Virus record (IMG/VR): IMGVR_UViG_3300032265_001645 | Location: 1 to 57,279 of that record | Source: a virus | Taxonomy: Duplodnaviria; Caudoviricetes | Length of the DNA stretch: 57,279 nucleotides | Direction: 5' to 3' (one strand) | In this document: positions 36,754-47,054 of the stretch, piece after piece | How positions within the stretch are numbered: the stretch's first letter is position 1 | How the letters are laid out: each line of letters opens with the position of its first letter | Notes under the pieces: generated by a model | Database searches by the model: none | Told to the model about the DNA's origin: nothing | The model's input: the letters and a program-made list of their open reading frames with translations, nothing else | Position numbers and translations under genes: made by a program

Positions 36754-37346
36754 TGAATTACCCTAGTTCCTTTCTTTGCTTTCCAAGTAACAGTCCTCTT
36801 TACTTGAGAAAAATTTGGTGCACCAAGAGCGTATGGATCTGACGTGGGATTTGAAAAAGTAGTTGATCTGGGGGTAACTTTGGGTTCCGTAAGGTTACTT
36901 GTTGGTTCTGGAAGATAAGACTCATTTGGGGATAAAGTAAACTGCTCTAAAATAGAGTCAACTACACCAAGGCTTTGATCGTTGAGCTCGCCCTCAACAT
37001 CCCTGTAAGCAACCGCTTTGGGGGCAAGGTTGCTTGTTTCCCCTACTTTATCTGTTCCTACCATAAGGTCTAGCATGTAATAGCCCGGTTTTCCACCAAA
37101 CCTATGAACTACCGATATAACAGTCCAGTATCCCGATAAACCGTTGGGCAAATTATCTAAATATATGGGGTCATAAGGGCGTATGTTTACATCTCCTACC
37201 ACCGTAACTTCCGCCATATATTGATATTTATGATTTTTATTTTGGGCGTCGGCAATAAGCTTTGCGTCATTGGTGCTCGCAGCTACCTCAAAAGGATAGT
37301 GTTTTTTAAAGGTAGGTTTAGAAGATGCTTTAGAAAAAGAACTCAT
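36750..37346 (-). CDS. Baseplate hub (gp27/GpD-like), C-terminal part
   Basis: AEVTVVGD..IRP...IYL.......SGYWTV.SVVHRF. Confidence 0.7.
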   Translation of the reverse strand: MSSFSKASSKPTFKKHYPFEVAASTNDAKLIADAQNKNHKYQYMAEVTVVGDVNIRPYDPIYLDNLPNGLSGYWTVISVVHRFGGKPGYYMLDLMVGTDKVGETSNLAPKAVAYRDVEGELNDQSLGVVDSILEQFTLSPNESYLPEPTSNLTEPKVTPRSTTFSNPTSDPYALGAPNFSQVKRTVTWKAKKGTRVIQ

Positions 37347-38218
37347 TTTTTCTTAAAAAAATCCTTACTAGGCTTAACAGCGCCTTTAAAAGGTTTTTGA
37401 GCAGTTTTGCTTTTAGCGTGGGTTGTTTTAATAGCTTTACCTTTAGCATTGCTATTAGAAGCTGTTCTACCAGTAATAACTCTGTCTACATTTGAGTGTG
37501 TTTCCGGAGAACCATCAGAAATTATTGGATTAAAGTGAGTTATGCTTCCCAGCCCACGAAGACCTTCAGTAACAACCCCACCGTTAGGGTTATCAATATA
37601 CACAAAATAAGGAGCAGATTTTTTCTTAGTCAACGTTATTTTGTCTTTAGAAACAAACGTTACGGTTGTATTTTCGCAACGAAGGGCATGGCCTGTTTGC
37701 AAAGCTAATGATCTTAATAGCTGCCAATAACTTTGACCACTATGCACAATAGCATTTCGTACTCTTGCATCTCTTTGAACCACAGCCGATAAATTAAACT
37801 TTGAGCAAATTTGAGAAACTACTTGATCCGCAGTAGCTTTTGTATATACCTTTTGAGCAGTTTCTTTTAAAACAGACGAAGCACCGACAACTTCAAGTAT
37901 AGTTTCTGTAGTGCCTTTGATGGTATTTACTTGTTTTACTGCATGAATATACCCATTAAAAACAGATTTATTTTTGCCTGATTGGTAGGCAATAGACACA
38001 GGGTCATTATGGTGAATTTGAGTCTCTAATTTATAGGGTTTTCCTTTAAGGTGAATAATTGCAAAATCATGTTCCATTTGTTTTTGATATATCTCCATAC
38101 CCAAAGCAAGCAGCTCTAACTTAGGTGTTTTTGGCAAAGTTACGTAAAAATTAGCTCCAATAACATTGGAAGCCCATACAAACGGGCGCGGAACTGTAGG
38201 AATTGAGTTACTGGCCAT
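37343..38218 (-). CDS. Baseplate hub (gp27/GpD-like), N-terminal part
   Basis: FNGYI..V, TADQVV.QI, QSYWQLLRSLA...G. Confidence 0.75.
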   Translation of the reverse strand: MASNSIPTVPRPFVWASNVIGANFYVTLPKTPKLELLALGMEIYQKQMEHDFAIIHLKGKPYKLETQIHHNDPVSIAYQSGKNKSVFNGYIHAVKQVNTIKGTTETILEVVGASSVLKETAQKVYTKATADQVVSQICSKFNLSAVVQRDARVRNAIVHSGQSYWQLLRSLALQTGHALRCENTTVTFVSKDKITLTKKKSAPYFVYIDNPNGGVVTEGLRGLGSITHFNPIISDGSPETHSNVDRVITGRTASNSNAKGKAIKTTHAKSKTAQKPFKGAVKPSKDFFKKK

Positions 38219-38492
38219 AAGGAATCCTTATAATTGTTCCCGGGGCAATATTAAGCGGGTCTGTAATTTCTGGATTTATGTCCATAATTTCCCACCAGTA
38301 CTTAGACCCACCGCAATATCGGTCTGCTAATAGTGGAAGAGCATCGCCGTATACCCAAGTATAGGTAAAAAAAGTTTTTTCAAAATATTCAGGCCATTTA
38401 CGGTACACCGTGATTTGATAGGTCCCGGTATGGGCGTATTCGATCTGAGCTAAAGTGCCGTCGTTATAACGTGAAACTCTCTCAATAGGCAT
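38208..38492 (-). CDS. LysM / P2 gpX-like baseplate protein
   Basis: GD.L.LLA.RY.G...WW.IMD.NPEI.DPL.I.PG..IRIP. Confidence 0.85.
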   Translation of the reverse strand: MPIERVSRYNDGTLAQIEYAHTGTYQITVYRKWPEYFEKTFFTYTWVYGDALPLLADRYCGGSKYWWEIMDINPEITDPLNIAPGTIIRIPYGQ

Positions 38493-40252
38493 TAGGGATT
38501 ACCTCCTGTAGTTCCCCCACCAGCAGTTGTAGACGTTCCGCCAACAAATTTTCCAGAGTTTGCAACAAGGGCGCCTCCAGAAGCCGCAGCAAAACCAGCA
38601 ATGCCGGACGCGTCGTCTTTTCCTGAGCTTGCTACGTTGAAGATTGCTGGGTAACGAGTAAATGTAATATCAATTGTGGTTAAAATAGGAATCATATCTA
38701 AAGTAAACATGGCATGATTTACGTTTATATTTGTTATGGAACCAAATAATTTCATGTTATCGTTTATATATAGCCACACAGGTACAGTTTTTAAAATACC
38801 TATATCAGAACTACTACCGTTATAGCTAAGCATTGGGTTTTTACCCAAACTTTCATCTGGATCACCATTACAAACTCTATATAGGTACTCAAGGTCATAT
38901 TCTGTACCGCGATTTAGTATGCCTTCAATTTCAGGGGAACTTAAAGGTGGAGTATAACCTTTAGTTTTGTTTGTTCTTAATTGAGTCATGTCGGCAATTC
39001 TATTTAAATATAGTTGAAAAGTTACTTGTATATTGCCGGCAAGTAAAGCCGCCGGATCATTACTTCCTAATGTCCAGTCAACAGAAGTATTACCTTGAAT
39101 TGAGTATTGAATAGTTGTAGGGTTATATGTGTATCTAAAGCCCCATAAAGATTTTGGATCTTTTGTGTTTACAAGCGAAGCAGTATTTGGATCTTGAATA
39201 ATTCTTCCAAGTTTTCCAACAAATTGGCTGGGATTGACTGAAACTCTTTTATATTGACCTGAAATTCCCGTAGGAATTTGAGAATTGTTGCCAAGAGGCG
39301 TGTCAATTGCTGTTAACACATCAATACCTAAACCTCTAGAGTACCCCCTAGTTACCATGTGGCTCTGAGGATTATATCTGGCACTATCTAGGCTTGGAGA
39401 AGCAACACTTTGAACTTTTGGGGCTGTTCCCTGCCCTAATACCGGACTTTTTGTAGAAGTATTTTTTTGACCATTTACAGCGTCAATTAAAATATTATTT
39501 GCGGCAGCAAGACCAGTTTTATCTTTGCCTACAATTGTTGTTTTACTTGTTATTTGGGTACCTTTACTACCGGGATTCCAATATAACGCTGTATAAGTAG
39601 TACCTTTTCCAGGTACGATTGTTTTTTTAATTCCAACATACCATTTGTTTACTGGGTCATATTTAATTCCGGAATAGTCGTAGTTTTGTCCTGGCGCAAC
39701 GTCTGTATTTAAAGCATTAATAAGACCTTGAGGAACGGCAGGAATAGTGGAAGCTTTTGTAATTTTAACTGATTGGATTCCATTAGGTGGGGATGATAGC
39801 TTGACGCCGTTGGATTGCATACCTACACCAAGAGCATCCCATGAGGCTTGAGTTATTGCTTGAAAAGGTATGTCTGAATCATCTGATTTTAACTTAATAT
39901 TAAAAGTGGGGTGGACAAGGCCAGTACCTTTAGCTGTAAGCAAATTTATATTGTCAATATTTCCACTAAATTCAGCTACAAAATATTGATTGTTAACGGT
40001 TTGAACTTGATTAAAGTATCTACTCCATGTAGAAGATAAATTAACCGACATTTGATCCCCGGTAAGTTGAGTACTTGTTGCAGTCACACTGTCATAAGAG
40101 TATCCTTTTACAACCCAACCAAATTTAGTTGGATTTGTAGAACCAGATATAAGTTGAGTTGCGTTTACGTTAACTGATTGAGTTGTAACCGTAGAGTAAG
40201 TTCCGTTTAAAGACTGTTGTAAAAAGATGTTAAAATAGTATGTGGTAGCCAT
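38492..40252 (-). CDS. Tail tube initiator / baseplate-proximal tail protein with N-terminal extension
   Basis: GFRYTYNPTTI motif and tube-like C-terminal domain; lies between the tape measure and LysM genes. Confidence 0.6.
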   Translation of the reverse strand: MATTYYFNIFLQQSLNGTYSTVTTQSVNVNATQLISGSTNPTKFGWVVKGYSYDSVTATSTQLTGDQMSVNLSSTWSRYFNQVQTVNNQYFVAEFSGNIDNINLLTAKGTGLVHPTFNIKLKSDDSDIPFQAITQASWDALGVGMQSNGVKLSSPPNGIQSVKITKASTIPAVPQGLINALNTDVAPGQNYDYSGIKYDPVNKWYVGIKKTIVPGKGTTYTALYWNPGSKGTQITSKTTIVGKDKTGLAAANNILIDAVNGQKNTSTKSPVLGQGTAPKVQSVASPSLDSARYNPQSHMVTRGYSRGLGIDVLTAIDTPLGNNSQIPTGISGQYKRVSVNPSQFVGKLGRIIQDPNTASLVNTKDPKSLWGFRYTYNPTTIQYSIQGNTSVDWTLGSNDPAALLAGNIQVTFQLYLNRIADMTQLRTNKTKGYTPPLSSPEIEGILNRGTEYDLEYLYRVCNGDPDESLGKNPMLSYNGSSSDIGILKTVPVWLYINDNMKLFGSITNINVNHAMFTLDMIPILTTIDITFTRYPAIFNVASSGKDDASGIAGFAAASGGALVANSGKFVGGTSTTAGGGTTGGNP

Positions 40253-43164
40253 TAGTAAGTCATCACCACGCTTTTAGCTAAACCATGCTCAAGGCGCTTA
40301 GCAAAGTGCTGGAACATTTGCTCAGCTTCAGCTATACTTGATCGTTCAATGTGAACTTTCATTTCTACCTTTACCTGTGTTATGTGGTGCTTAGAGTTAG
40401 GATTGTTTGTGTTGATGTCCATAGGCATTCCACTGCCACCACCTTGGCCGGCTTCAGCACGATGAGCATCATCGATGTACTTAAGGAAAGATCCGTTTTG
40501 GTATGTAGCCCACGGCTTCCAGTTAGTTCCGCCTTTAGAAATAGTGAAAGCAGATTTAGCATTAAAGTCGGCATCAGTTAAGCGCTTGCCATCACGGTAA
40601 GGTTCGTTGTAGTCTTGCCAATGCTTTAAGGAACGAATTTGAAACATACCAAAACTTGGGCCCCATTTTTTAGTTTGAATACCAACGTCACCTGGACGAT
40701 CCATACGGCCACCAGATTCAGCCATAGCCACAGCAAAAGCTGTGTCTAACGCTTTGCCTGAGAACCCAGCTCTGCGAAGAACTTCAATCATTCCCTTACG
40801 ACTTCCTCCAGCCATGCGACTAGATAATTCGTCTTTGCCAGCGTTATAAGAGTTATTAATTAAAGAGTCTTGGTTGTGGTTTAAGTACATAGATCTTTTT
40901 TTAGATCCAAACCAATTCTCAATATCTGAATATCCTACAGACTTACCCCTATTTAAATCACCATTTAAGATTGAGGTAAGGCTGGCGCTACTAAGAGTTC
41001 CTATGGTTTTTCCAGCCATACTTTGAGTATTATGAAAAGGATTAGTTATTTCATTATGCGTATTTCCACCCGTGAGGAATCCGGCAACATTCTTAGCCAT
41101 ATTGATTCCGTCTTTAAATAAGTTGCCTAAGAAACCGCCAACTTTTCCAAAAAAACTTTGAGGGTTTACAGATTTATTTCCCCTTAAAACTTCTGCGTGA
41201 AGGTGGGGCCCAGTAGAGTTACCCGCACCAGCTGCGCCCTTAAGACCGCCAGATTTACCAATTACTTGACCGCGCTTAACAGTTTGACCCTGCTTTACAG
41301 AGATCTGGCTAAGGTGGGCATAACGGGTTGATACAGAACCGTGGTTTATGAGAACATAGTTACCCCAACCAGCTTTTTCATTTCCAACTTTAGTTACAAC
41401 ACCGTCAGCCATAGCTTGTACTGGAGTGCCTACTCGTGTTGCGTAATCAATGCCGGGGTGAAACCCCGGTTTAACTCCGTGTCCTCCAGGACGATTACCA
41501 TAAGGTGATGAAATAGGTGTTCCTCTGGGAACAGGCATACCCAACCCACCAGAAGATCCAGACGAGGTGCCGGTATTATTGTTTCCACCGCTACCATCGG
41601 AGCTGCCGCCCTTACCGCCAAATAACTGTGAAACAATTCCGTACCCAGTTCCCAATGTAGCGCCAATAGCTTCTGAGATACCAGTTTCACCCAATACCGG
41701 AATTAATGCTCCTATTGCAGTGCCAGTTAACGCATCTTTACCCACATTTGCTGCAAAGTTTCCAGCTTTAACAATTCCGCTATTTTGATGATTTTTAACT
41801 CCGGGTATAGAGTTAATAAGGGCTTGAGCAATGCTTGCAACTAATGCTCCACCACCAAGTTTTCCTGCACGACCTAGTTTAAAGTTTTTGGCACCTTTAG
41901 CTGCGTTTGCGGCAACACCCGTAGCCGCCGCTCCTTCTAACGCTGTTGCGCCTGAAGTAGCAAAACGACCAACACCAAGTACCTTACCCATCATTGCGGT
42001 TTGTAAAATTTCGCCACCCATACCACTAATCATTGAGCCGATGCCAGAAAGAGTTCCGCCCATATTTCCAGCTTGTGGGAACGTCTGAAGAGCGCCTTTA
42101 AGACTCATAAGTCCATATGTAACTGGACTTAATGTACTAGCAAGGTCAGCAAAGGCTCTGTTAAGTCCACCAACGGTATTTAAAGAAACGTTATATCCAT
42201 TTACTAAACCGGCTTGAGTTGCGGCAAGGGCCATGTTTTCACCTTTTGCAGCATTAAAATTAGATCTGATTGGGCTGTTACCCTCAACACCCATTATATT
42301 TAAAGCTTGGTTTGAGCTTTGTAGATCTTTCTTTGAAAGATTACTTCCCTTGCGGGCGCGAGTAATAACCGCCATAGCAATTGTATTCATAAGGGCGGTG
42401 TCGCCGCCAGTAAGCATTAATAGTGTTTGATAGCCCTTTGAGTTTGGGTTGAGTAACATTGCGGCTTGTTGTTCAGTAACTTTACGCCCACCGTATAGAA
42501 CTGTATATACTGAGTTGACAATCTGGTTAATAGGTAATAAGTTACCGTTATTATCGCGGATACGAACGCCTCCACGAAGGAACCCCATACCATTAATTCC
42601 GGCAAGGCTTGAGGCCACCTGCTCGTTGGTTCCACCAGTCATGGCGCTAAGACCGCCAAGGCTTGACATAATGTTCTTTGAGCTCAAGGAGTTGGCTGAG
42701 TAACCACCTTGATAAAAGAGATTAGCGGCTGCTGCAGTAGGTCCACCCGCGCTTGTAGCGCCCTGTACAAGGCGATTAGACTGACCAATTACTTGATTAG
42801 CCTTCATTCCACTAAGACCCGCTATAGAGTCCGCATACATCCTTTGAGCGACCGCTGACATGGTATTTGGAGCCATGCTCATGCCCATGGAACCGGCTAT
42901 TGCCATTCCACCCGCAACTTTTTGACCGGTGCTTAAAGATCCAAGCATCGACCTTAGAGGCATAGTTCCTAAACCAAGTTTGCCACCACCTACTTGATTT
43001 CCAGTATAAGCTCCAGCGGCACCCTCGGCATCTTTTTTAATGCCTGTACTTTCAACACGCATTTGCTTAATGACTTTAAGAGCTTTTTCAAACTCACGCT
43101 CAAAAGTCGGGCCAATGCCGTCTGCGTTACTCTCTTCTGGAGAGATAAGATTTTGAAGTGCCAA
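40252..43164 (-). CDS. Tape measure protein with M23 peptidase and lysozyme-like (lytic transglycosylase) domains
   Basis: Ala/Gly-rich helical N-half; HPGIDY...YAHL...STGPHLH (M23); AVAMAESGG...GMFQI...W.PW (lysozyme-like). Confidence 0.9.
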   Translation of the reverse strand: MALQNLISPEESNADGIGPTFEREFEKALKVIKQMRVESTGIKKDAEGAAGAYTGNQVGGGKLGLGTMPLRSMLGSLSTGQKVAGGMAIAGSMGMSMAPNTMSAVAQRMYADSIAGLSGMKANQVIGQSNRLVQGATSAGGPTAAAANLFYQGGYSANSLSSKNIMSSLGGLSAMTGGTNEQVASSLAGINGMGFLRGGVRIRDNNGNLLPINQIVNSVYTVLYGGRKVTEQQAAMLLNPNSKGYQTLLMLTGGDTALMNTIAMAVITRARKGSNLSKKDLQSSNQALNIMGVEGNSPIRSNFNAAKGENMALAATQAGLVNGYNVSLNTVGGLNRAFADLASTLSPVTYGLMSLKGALQTFPQAGNMGGTLSGIGSMISGMGGEILQTAMMGKVLGVGRFATSGATALEGAAATGVAANAAKGAKNFKLGRAGKLGGGALVASIAQALINSIPGVKNHQNSGIVKAGNFAANVGKDALTGTAIGALIPVLGETGISEAIGATLGTGYGIVSQLFGGKGGSSDGSGGNNNTGTSSGSSGGLGMPVPRGTPISSPYGNRPGGHGVKPGFHPGIDYATRVGTPVQAMADGVVTKVGNEKAGWGNYVLINHGSVSTRYAHLSQISVKQGQTVKRGQVIGKSGGLKGAAGAGNSTGPHLHAEVLRGNKSVNPQSFFGKVGGFLGNLFKDGINMAKNVAGFLTGGNTHNEITNPFHNTQSMAGKTIGTLSSASLTSILNGDLNRGKSVGYSDIENWFGSKKRSMYLNHNQDSLINNSYNAGKDELSSRMAGGSRKGMIEVLRRAGFSGKALDTAFAVAMAESGGRMDRPGDVGIQTKKWGPSFGMFQIRSLKHWQDYNEPYRDGKRLTDADFNAKSAFTISKGGTNWKPWATYQNGSFLKYIDDAHRAEAGQGGGSGMPMDINTNNPNSKHHITQVKVEMKVHIERSSIAEAEQMFQHFAKRLEHGLAKSVVMTY

Positions 43165-43179
43165 GGGTTATCACCGCCT

Positions 43180-43317
43180 TTACCTAATACGTAGTATCCA
43201 CATTGTTCTCTCACGAAAAGAGAACGATCTTATGTCCTGCAATGTCCAGCCTGGGTAGGCCTTCGAGAGTAATTCGTATGATTCAATTAAGAATTCATAA
43301 CTTAACTCACTCTTGAA
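43180..43317 (-). CDS. +1-frame extension of the tail assembly chaperone (probable programmed frameshift product)
   Basis: +1 frame reads FKSELSYEFLIESYELLSKAYPGWTLQDIRSFSFRERTMWILRIR, with no start codon upstream of the GW-L..I motif; TTT-C at 43318-43315. Confidence 0.6.
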   Translation of the reverse strand, partial: FKSELSYEFLIESYELLSKAYPGWTLQDIRSFSFRERTMWILRIR

Positions 43318-44125
43318 ATAGTTCCGCCAAGGTGAGCGGAAGCGGGACCTCCGACCCGCAGGACCTGCAGTTCTTCTTTATTGCGCCGAGTTGTGGACCT
43401 GGGTTGCGGTCTGATATTGCCTTAAGTATAGCTCTACGATCCTTGATTCCAAGGTCTTTAATGACCTTAGTATTTAAGACTGGCATGCTATTTATGGATG
43501 TTATACATCCGTTTAAAATGATTGTGTCGAGCTCAGCTGAGTTTTTATTTGAAGCATTTACCAGTGCCTTTTGTACGATACCGTTTGGAAGAGATACCTC
43601 AATATCCCCTACTTTGCTTTTTACAGTAAAGTGGCGGTCTGATTCGTCAAGCTGCTTAACCTCGACGTCTTCAGTTAAGTTGATAGTAAATGTCTGCTCT
43701 TCTGAACAGCTTGGGCATAGCCCAGGACCAACCTGGGTCTCTTCTCCAAAGGTTACCTTGCGAATAGCCAAAAGAAGCATTTCTCTGTCGCCAGCTAGTA
43801 AGCTGTCTAGAGTTTCTTTGTCCATAGGCTTATCGCCAATAGATTCTACTCCGCGCTCTAGGATAGTGAGCAAAGACTTACCAGGATCAGTAATTCTTGC
43901 AATAATTTCTTCATCTGCTCCAGTAAGTTCTCTTACTCTGGCAGTCTTGATTAAACCTTCAAAGGGATCATCAAGACCGCCAGGCAGAGTAACTTCACCA
44001 TCAGAGGGAGAGGCAACCGGGGGTTTCTCGGCTGACTCTACCGTCTGATCGGAAAGAGCATCTTCAACTAGTTTGTTAGCCATAGCTGGCGAATCCGCCG
44101 CGCTAATCGTTGTTTCAGTTGCCAT
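43307..44125 (-). CDS. Tail assembly chaperone (T4 gp26-like)
   Basis: VTLPGG, RELTGADEE.I, L.GDR..LLL.IR..TFG, CxxC motifs; lies between the tube and tape measure genes. Confidence 0.8.
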   Translation of the reverse strand: MATETTISAADSPAMANKLVEDALSDQTVESAEKPPVASPSDGEVTLPGGLDDPFEGLIKTARVRELTGADEEIIARITDPGKSLLTILERGVESIGDKPMDKETLDSLLAGDREMLLLAIRKVTFGEETQVGPGLCPSCSEEQTFTINLTEDVEVKQLDESDRHFTVKSKVGDIEVSLPNGIVQKALVNASNKNSAELDTIILNGCITSINSMPVLNTKVIKDLGIKDRRAILKAISDRNPGPQLGAIKKNCRSCGSEVPLPLTLAELFQE

Positions 44126-44146
44126 TTTGTATACCTATTTCTATTA

Positions 44147-44764
44147 TTAGTTTGTGAAGAGTGCTGCGCTTGTTGTATAGTCGCTTGCCATGATGACATC
44201 AAAACCTTCGTGAACGAGGGTCATTTCTTCAACCATGAGTGTGCTTTGTCCTGCATCTAAGTTGCTGTAACCAAGGTTAGCAATCCAAGCATTATACACT
44301 CGGAAGCGCATAGCTACGTGCTGCCCTTGATCTGTAGCTGAAGTTGCAGCTCCAGCTCCGGTAGCTCCAGCTGGGTTTGGATGGCTTAGAACAGCAATGT
44401 CAACGGTGCAACGGAAGTCCGCACCAACGCCTGCTGTAGCGCCTGGAGTTAAGATTGAGAATAAACGCTTCATCCACGCTTGATTCTGCTTTTGTCCTAG
44501 CATTTGTCCATGAGACAAAGTAATAGGGGTGAAAGACGATTGACCAGGGATCTGGTGCACGTTAGTGTTATATCCACCTTCGCGGTACGCAATAGGCTCT
44601 GTTGAGACGCTTAGTCCCGATAGAGATACAAAACCCATTTGGTTCCACTTAGCGACATCCCACTTACCATCGTCGGTATTAGGTGTGATTGTTACCAAGA
44701 ATTTAAACGTACGGATTGGATCCGTAGTTAAACCTCTCTTGATGTTATCAATTGATAGTGCCAT
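44147..44764 (-). CDS. Tail tube protein (T4 gp19-like)
   Basis: DP.R.FKF.V, GF..SGL...E...YREGG.N......PG, ITL..G, NAW, E...L.HEG. Confidence 0.93.
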   Translation of the reverse strand: MALSIDNIKRGLTTDPIRTFKFLVTITPNTDDGKWDVAKWNQMGFVSLSGLSVSTEPIAYREGGYNTNVHQIPGQSSFTPITLSHGQMLGQKQNQAWMKRLFSILTPGATAGVGADFRCTVDIAVLSHPNPAGATGAGAATSATDQGQHVAMRFRVYNAWIANLGYSNLDAGQSTLMVEEMTLVHEGFDVIMASDYTTSAALFTN

Positions 44765-44777
44765 GATTCATATCTCC

Positions 44778-46361
44778 TTATGCCGTAGCGTTTCCAGTGA
44801 GTTGACCGATCTTGATGATCACAAATTCGGCCGGATATTCAAGAGCAACGCCAATTTCAATATTAACTTTACCGCTCATAATGTCAGCCATAGAGTTATT
44901 GCTTGCGTCGCATCGTACGTAATAAGCTTCAGTTGGCTTGTTTCCACGCAAACCACCTTGCTGCCAGTAGCTACCCAAGAAGGTACCAATAGCAACGCCA
45001 ATACGATTCCATAAATTAGCATCATTGTTTTCAAAGATAGCAAAAGAGGTTAAATCTTTTACTTCTTTTTCAATGTATGTAAGAGAACGACGTACGTTGA
45101 TGTAACGTCCGCCAGCTGTAGCTTTTAGTGTACGTCCACCCATGATGCAGATACCAGCACCAGGAACCTGGCGGATAACGTTAACTGGATTTGAAGAGGT
45201 ATTAAGAGCATCAAGCTCAGCATTTGTAAACTGGTGATCTGTAGCTACTGCTAAGTTCACTCGGTTTGTTAATCCTGCTGGAGTCTTGAATACGCCACGA
45301 GATGCGTCTGTAGCAAGGTACTGACCAACTACAGAAGATCCTGGGGCTTGTAGACGAGTTACTCCCGGCGTAGCCTTTAGAGTATCTGGAATCAAAAGCC
45401 ATGGGTAGTAAACAGCACAAACACCACCATCAGATGAGGCGGCAAAAGCGGTGTCTACATCGTTTGCGTATGTCTGAACTTCTGAAGCTGAAAGTCCCTG
45501 AGGAGTATCCAGCACAGCAAAACCATCTCCACGTGCTTGGCAATATGTGACAAGGTCGCTAAGAATTCCAATGGAATTGGTACGATCTGTTCCACTACCT
45601 GTAGCGGTGTTGTAAAGGTATGGCGCATCAGCGTTGTACATTACAAGAGGGTTTTGAACTGGATCAAAGCTTAGCAAAGCTGTGTTGTAGTTAGTACGTG
45701 TTGGTGTTGATCCGTCCACACCTGCACCTGTTGCACCTAGTGCGTAGAGTGTTGCTCCACTTGTAGGCATATTTGTTGGCGCTGCAGAAGCTGAGTTCTG
45801 ATCAAATACGCCAATAAATGAAGACTGGGTGTTAATTACAGATACAAAGTATCGTGGATCTATTTTGTCCATGCTCAAATCTGTATATGTCTCAAGTAAG
45901 TTTGAGGTTGCATTTCCAGCAATAGTTGGTGAACCATAGACTGAAATACCAAACTTAGTTGTGCTACCAGCAGCATTTACAGAGACCGCTAGGGAGTTGC
46001 CCCAAGCGCCCTTGCTTGCAGCTTGTACAAGGATAGTGTTGAGGTGTGAAGATGAAGAGTCAGTAAGCATTACTGAAGCAGCTGCAGCTCCTGAACCCGT
46101 TACGCGTTGAACGTAAAGGTCGTGGCCGCCATTAGCATAAAAGTTATAGGCTGCCCAAGTTGTTGGGTAGGCATCTTGAAGTCCTCCAAAAATCTTGACA
46201 AATTGCTGCCAAGAAGAGACAAGAACTGGAACGTTCGTAGGACCCTTAGCCAAAGCACCGACAAATGCACCAATAGCATTGGTATTGTCAGAGAGGTCAA
46301 TCGTCTGCGGAAGCTCTACTTCTTGGATAAAGACGCCTGGTCTACTATAAGTTGTAGCCAT
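44778..46361 (-). CDS. Contractile tail sheath protein
   Basis: Y.RPGVFIQE, FVG...KGP, YYPW, RGVFK.PAG, YINVRR, FE.ND..LW, PAEFVII. Confidence 0.96.
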   Translation of the reverse strand: MATTYSRPGVFIQEVELPQTIDLSDNTNAIGAFVGALAKGPTNVPVLVSSWQQFVKIFGGLQDAYPTTWAAYNFYANGGHDLYVQRVTGSGAAAASVMLTDSSSSHLNTILVQAASKGAWGNSLAVSVNAAGSTTKFGISVYGSPTIAGNATSNLLETYTDLSMDKIDPRYFVSVINTQSSFIGVFDQNSASAAPTNMPTSGATLYALGATGAGVDGSTPTRTNYNTALLSFDPVQNPLVMYNADAPYLYNTATGSGTDRTNSIGILSDLVTYCQARGDGFAVLDTPQGLSASEVQTYANDVDTAFAASSDGGVCAVYYPWLLIPDTLKATPGVTRLQAPGSSVVGQYLATDASRGVFKTPAGLTNRVNLAVATDHQFTNAELDALNTSSNPVNVIRQVPGAGICIMGGRTLKATAGGRYINVRRSLTYIEKEVKDLTSFAIFENNDANLWNRIGVAIGTFLGSYWQQGGLRGNKPTEAYYVRCDASNNSMADIMSGKVNIEIGVALEYPAEFVIIKIGQLTGNATA

Positions 46362-46409
46362 TAGGTTTTCTCCTTAATTAGTTAGGTTGTTTTCTTGTGG
46401 GGCCGAGTT

Positions 46410-47054
46410 TTATATGAGTTGTGCTTGTTGCGTTTGTAACAGATGATATAGGTCGGTGTTTGGATTTACGGGTGTAGATCCTGTATCGGTTTTGACACCA
46501 ATATTTCTTGTTTGGACAATATAGTCCTTTGTATTGAATTCGGTTCTGAAGATTTCAGAAGCGATTCTTATTGAAAAGACGTTCATGAAAAGACGTTTGT
46601 CCGCTTCAGTTGTGTCTCTTTTGGAAAACCCAAGATTCTCCACTCTTCGATTTGTGTTATCTTGAGGGATTGTTAGGGCACCAAATCTAACTGGCAGTCT
46701 TCCTATACTAAGAAGCTGAGCCAGAATCTGTCTATCATGTCGTGGTTGACGAGAAAAAGTTGTGATTTGATAATCTAAATTTATTGGCATCGGGTAAGGG
46801 GTACGCAAGCTGGATACGCCATCCCAACCTTCTGGCTCATAAGGAACTACCACTGTTCCTGATTGAACACGTTCTGTAGCTTCAGATATATTAATTAAAT
46901 CAATAGTAATGTAAGGATAGTTTTGCTGACGGATTTCTTTATCCGGCTGGCCGTAAAAAACTCCTACAGGTCGTGACTGTGTTCCAGCATCGGCTACTGT
47001 CATTCCTGAAAGCAAAGACTTAAGCGCAGCTTCTTCGTTTAAAATAAATGGCAT
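46410..47054 (-). CDS. Tail terminator/completion protein
   Basis: YPYITIDL...P.P.NL.YQIT pattern; immediately upstream of the sheath gene. Confidence 0.65.
   Translation of the reverse strand: MPFILNEEAALKSLLSGMTVADAGTQSRPVGVFYGQPDKEIRQQNYPYITIDLINISEATERVQSGTVVVPYEPEGWDGVSSLRTPYPMPINLDYQITTFSRQPRHDRQILAQLLSIGRLPVRFGALTIPQDNTNRRVENLGFSKRDTTEADKRLFMNVFSIRIASEIFRTEFNTKDYIVQTRNIGVKTDTGSTPVNPNTDLYHLLQTQQAQLI

Noticed and set aside
37352-37362. T TTT TTT slippery heptamer as a -1 frameshift joining the hub halves
   Set aside because: A -1 shift there meets TAA immediately.
43332-44048. 238-aa plus-strand ORF and the many other antisense ORFs in the track (e.g. 164-556, 48184-48783, 47597-47956)
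   Set aside because: They are shadows of well-supported minus-strand genes, with no recognisable motifs.
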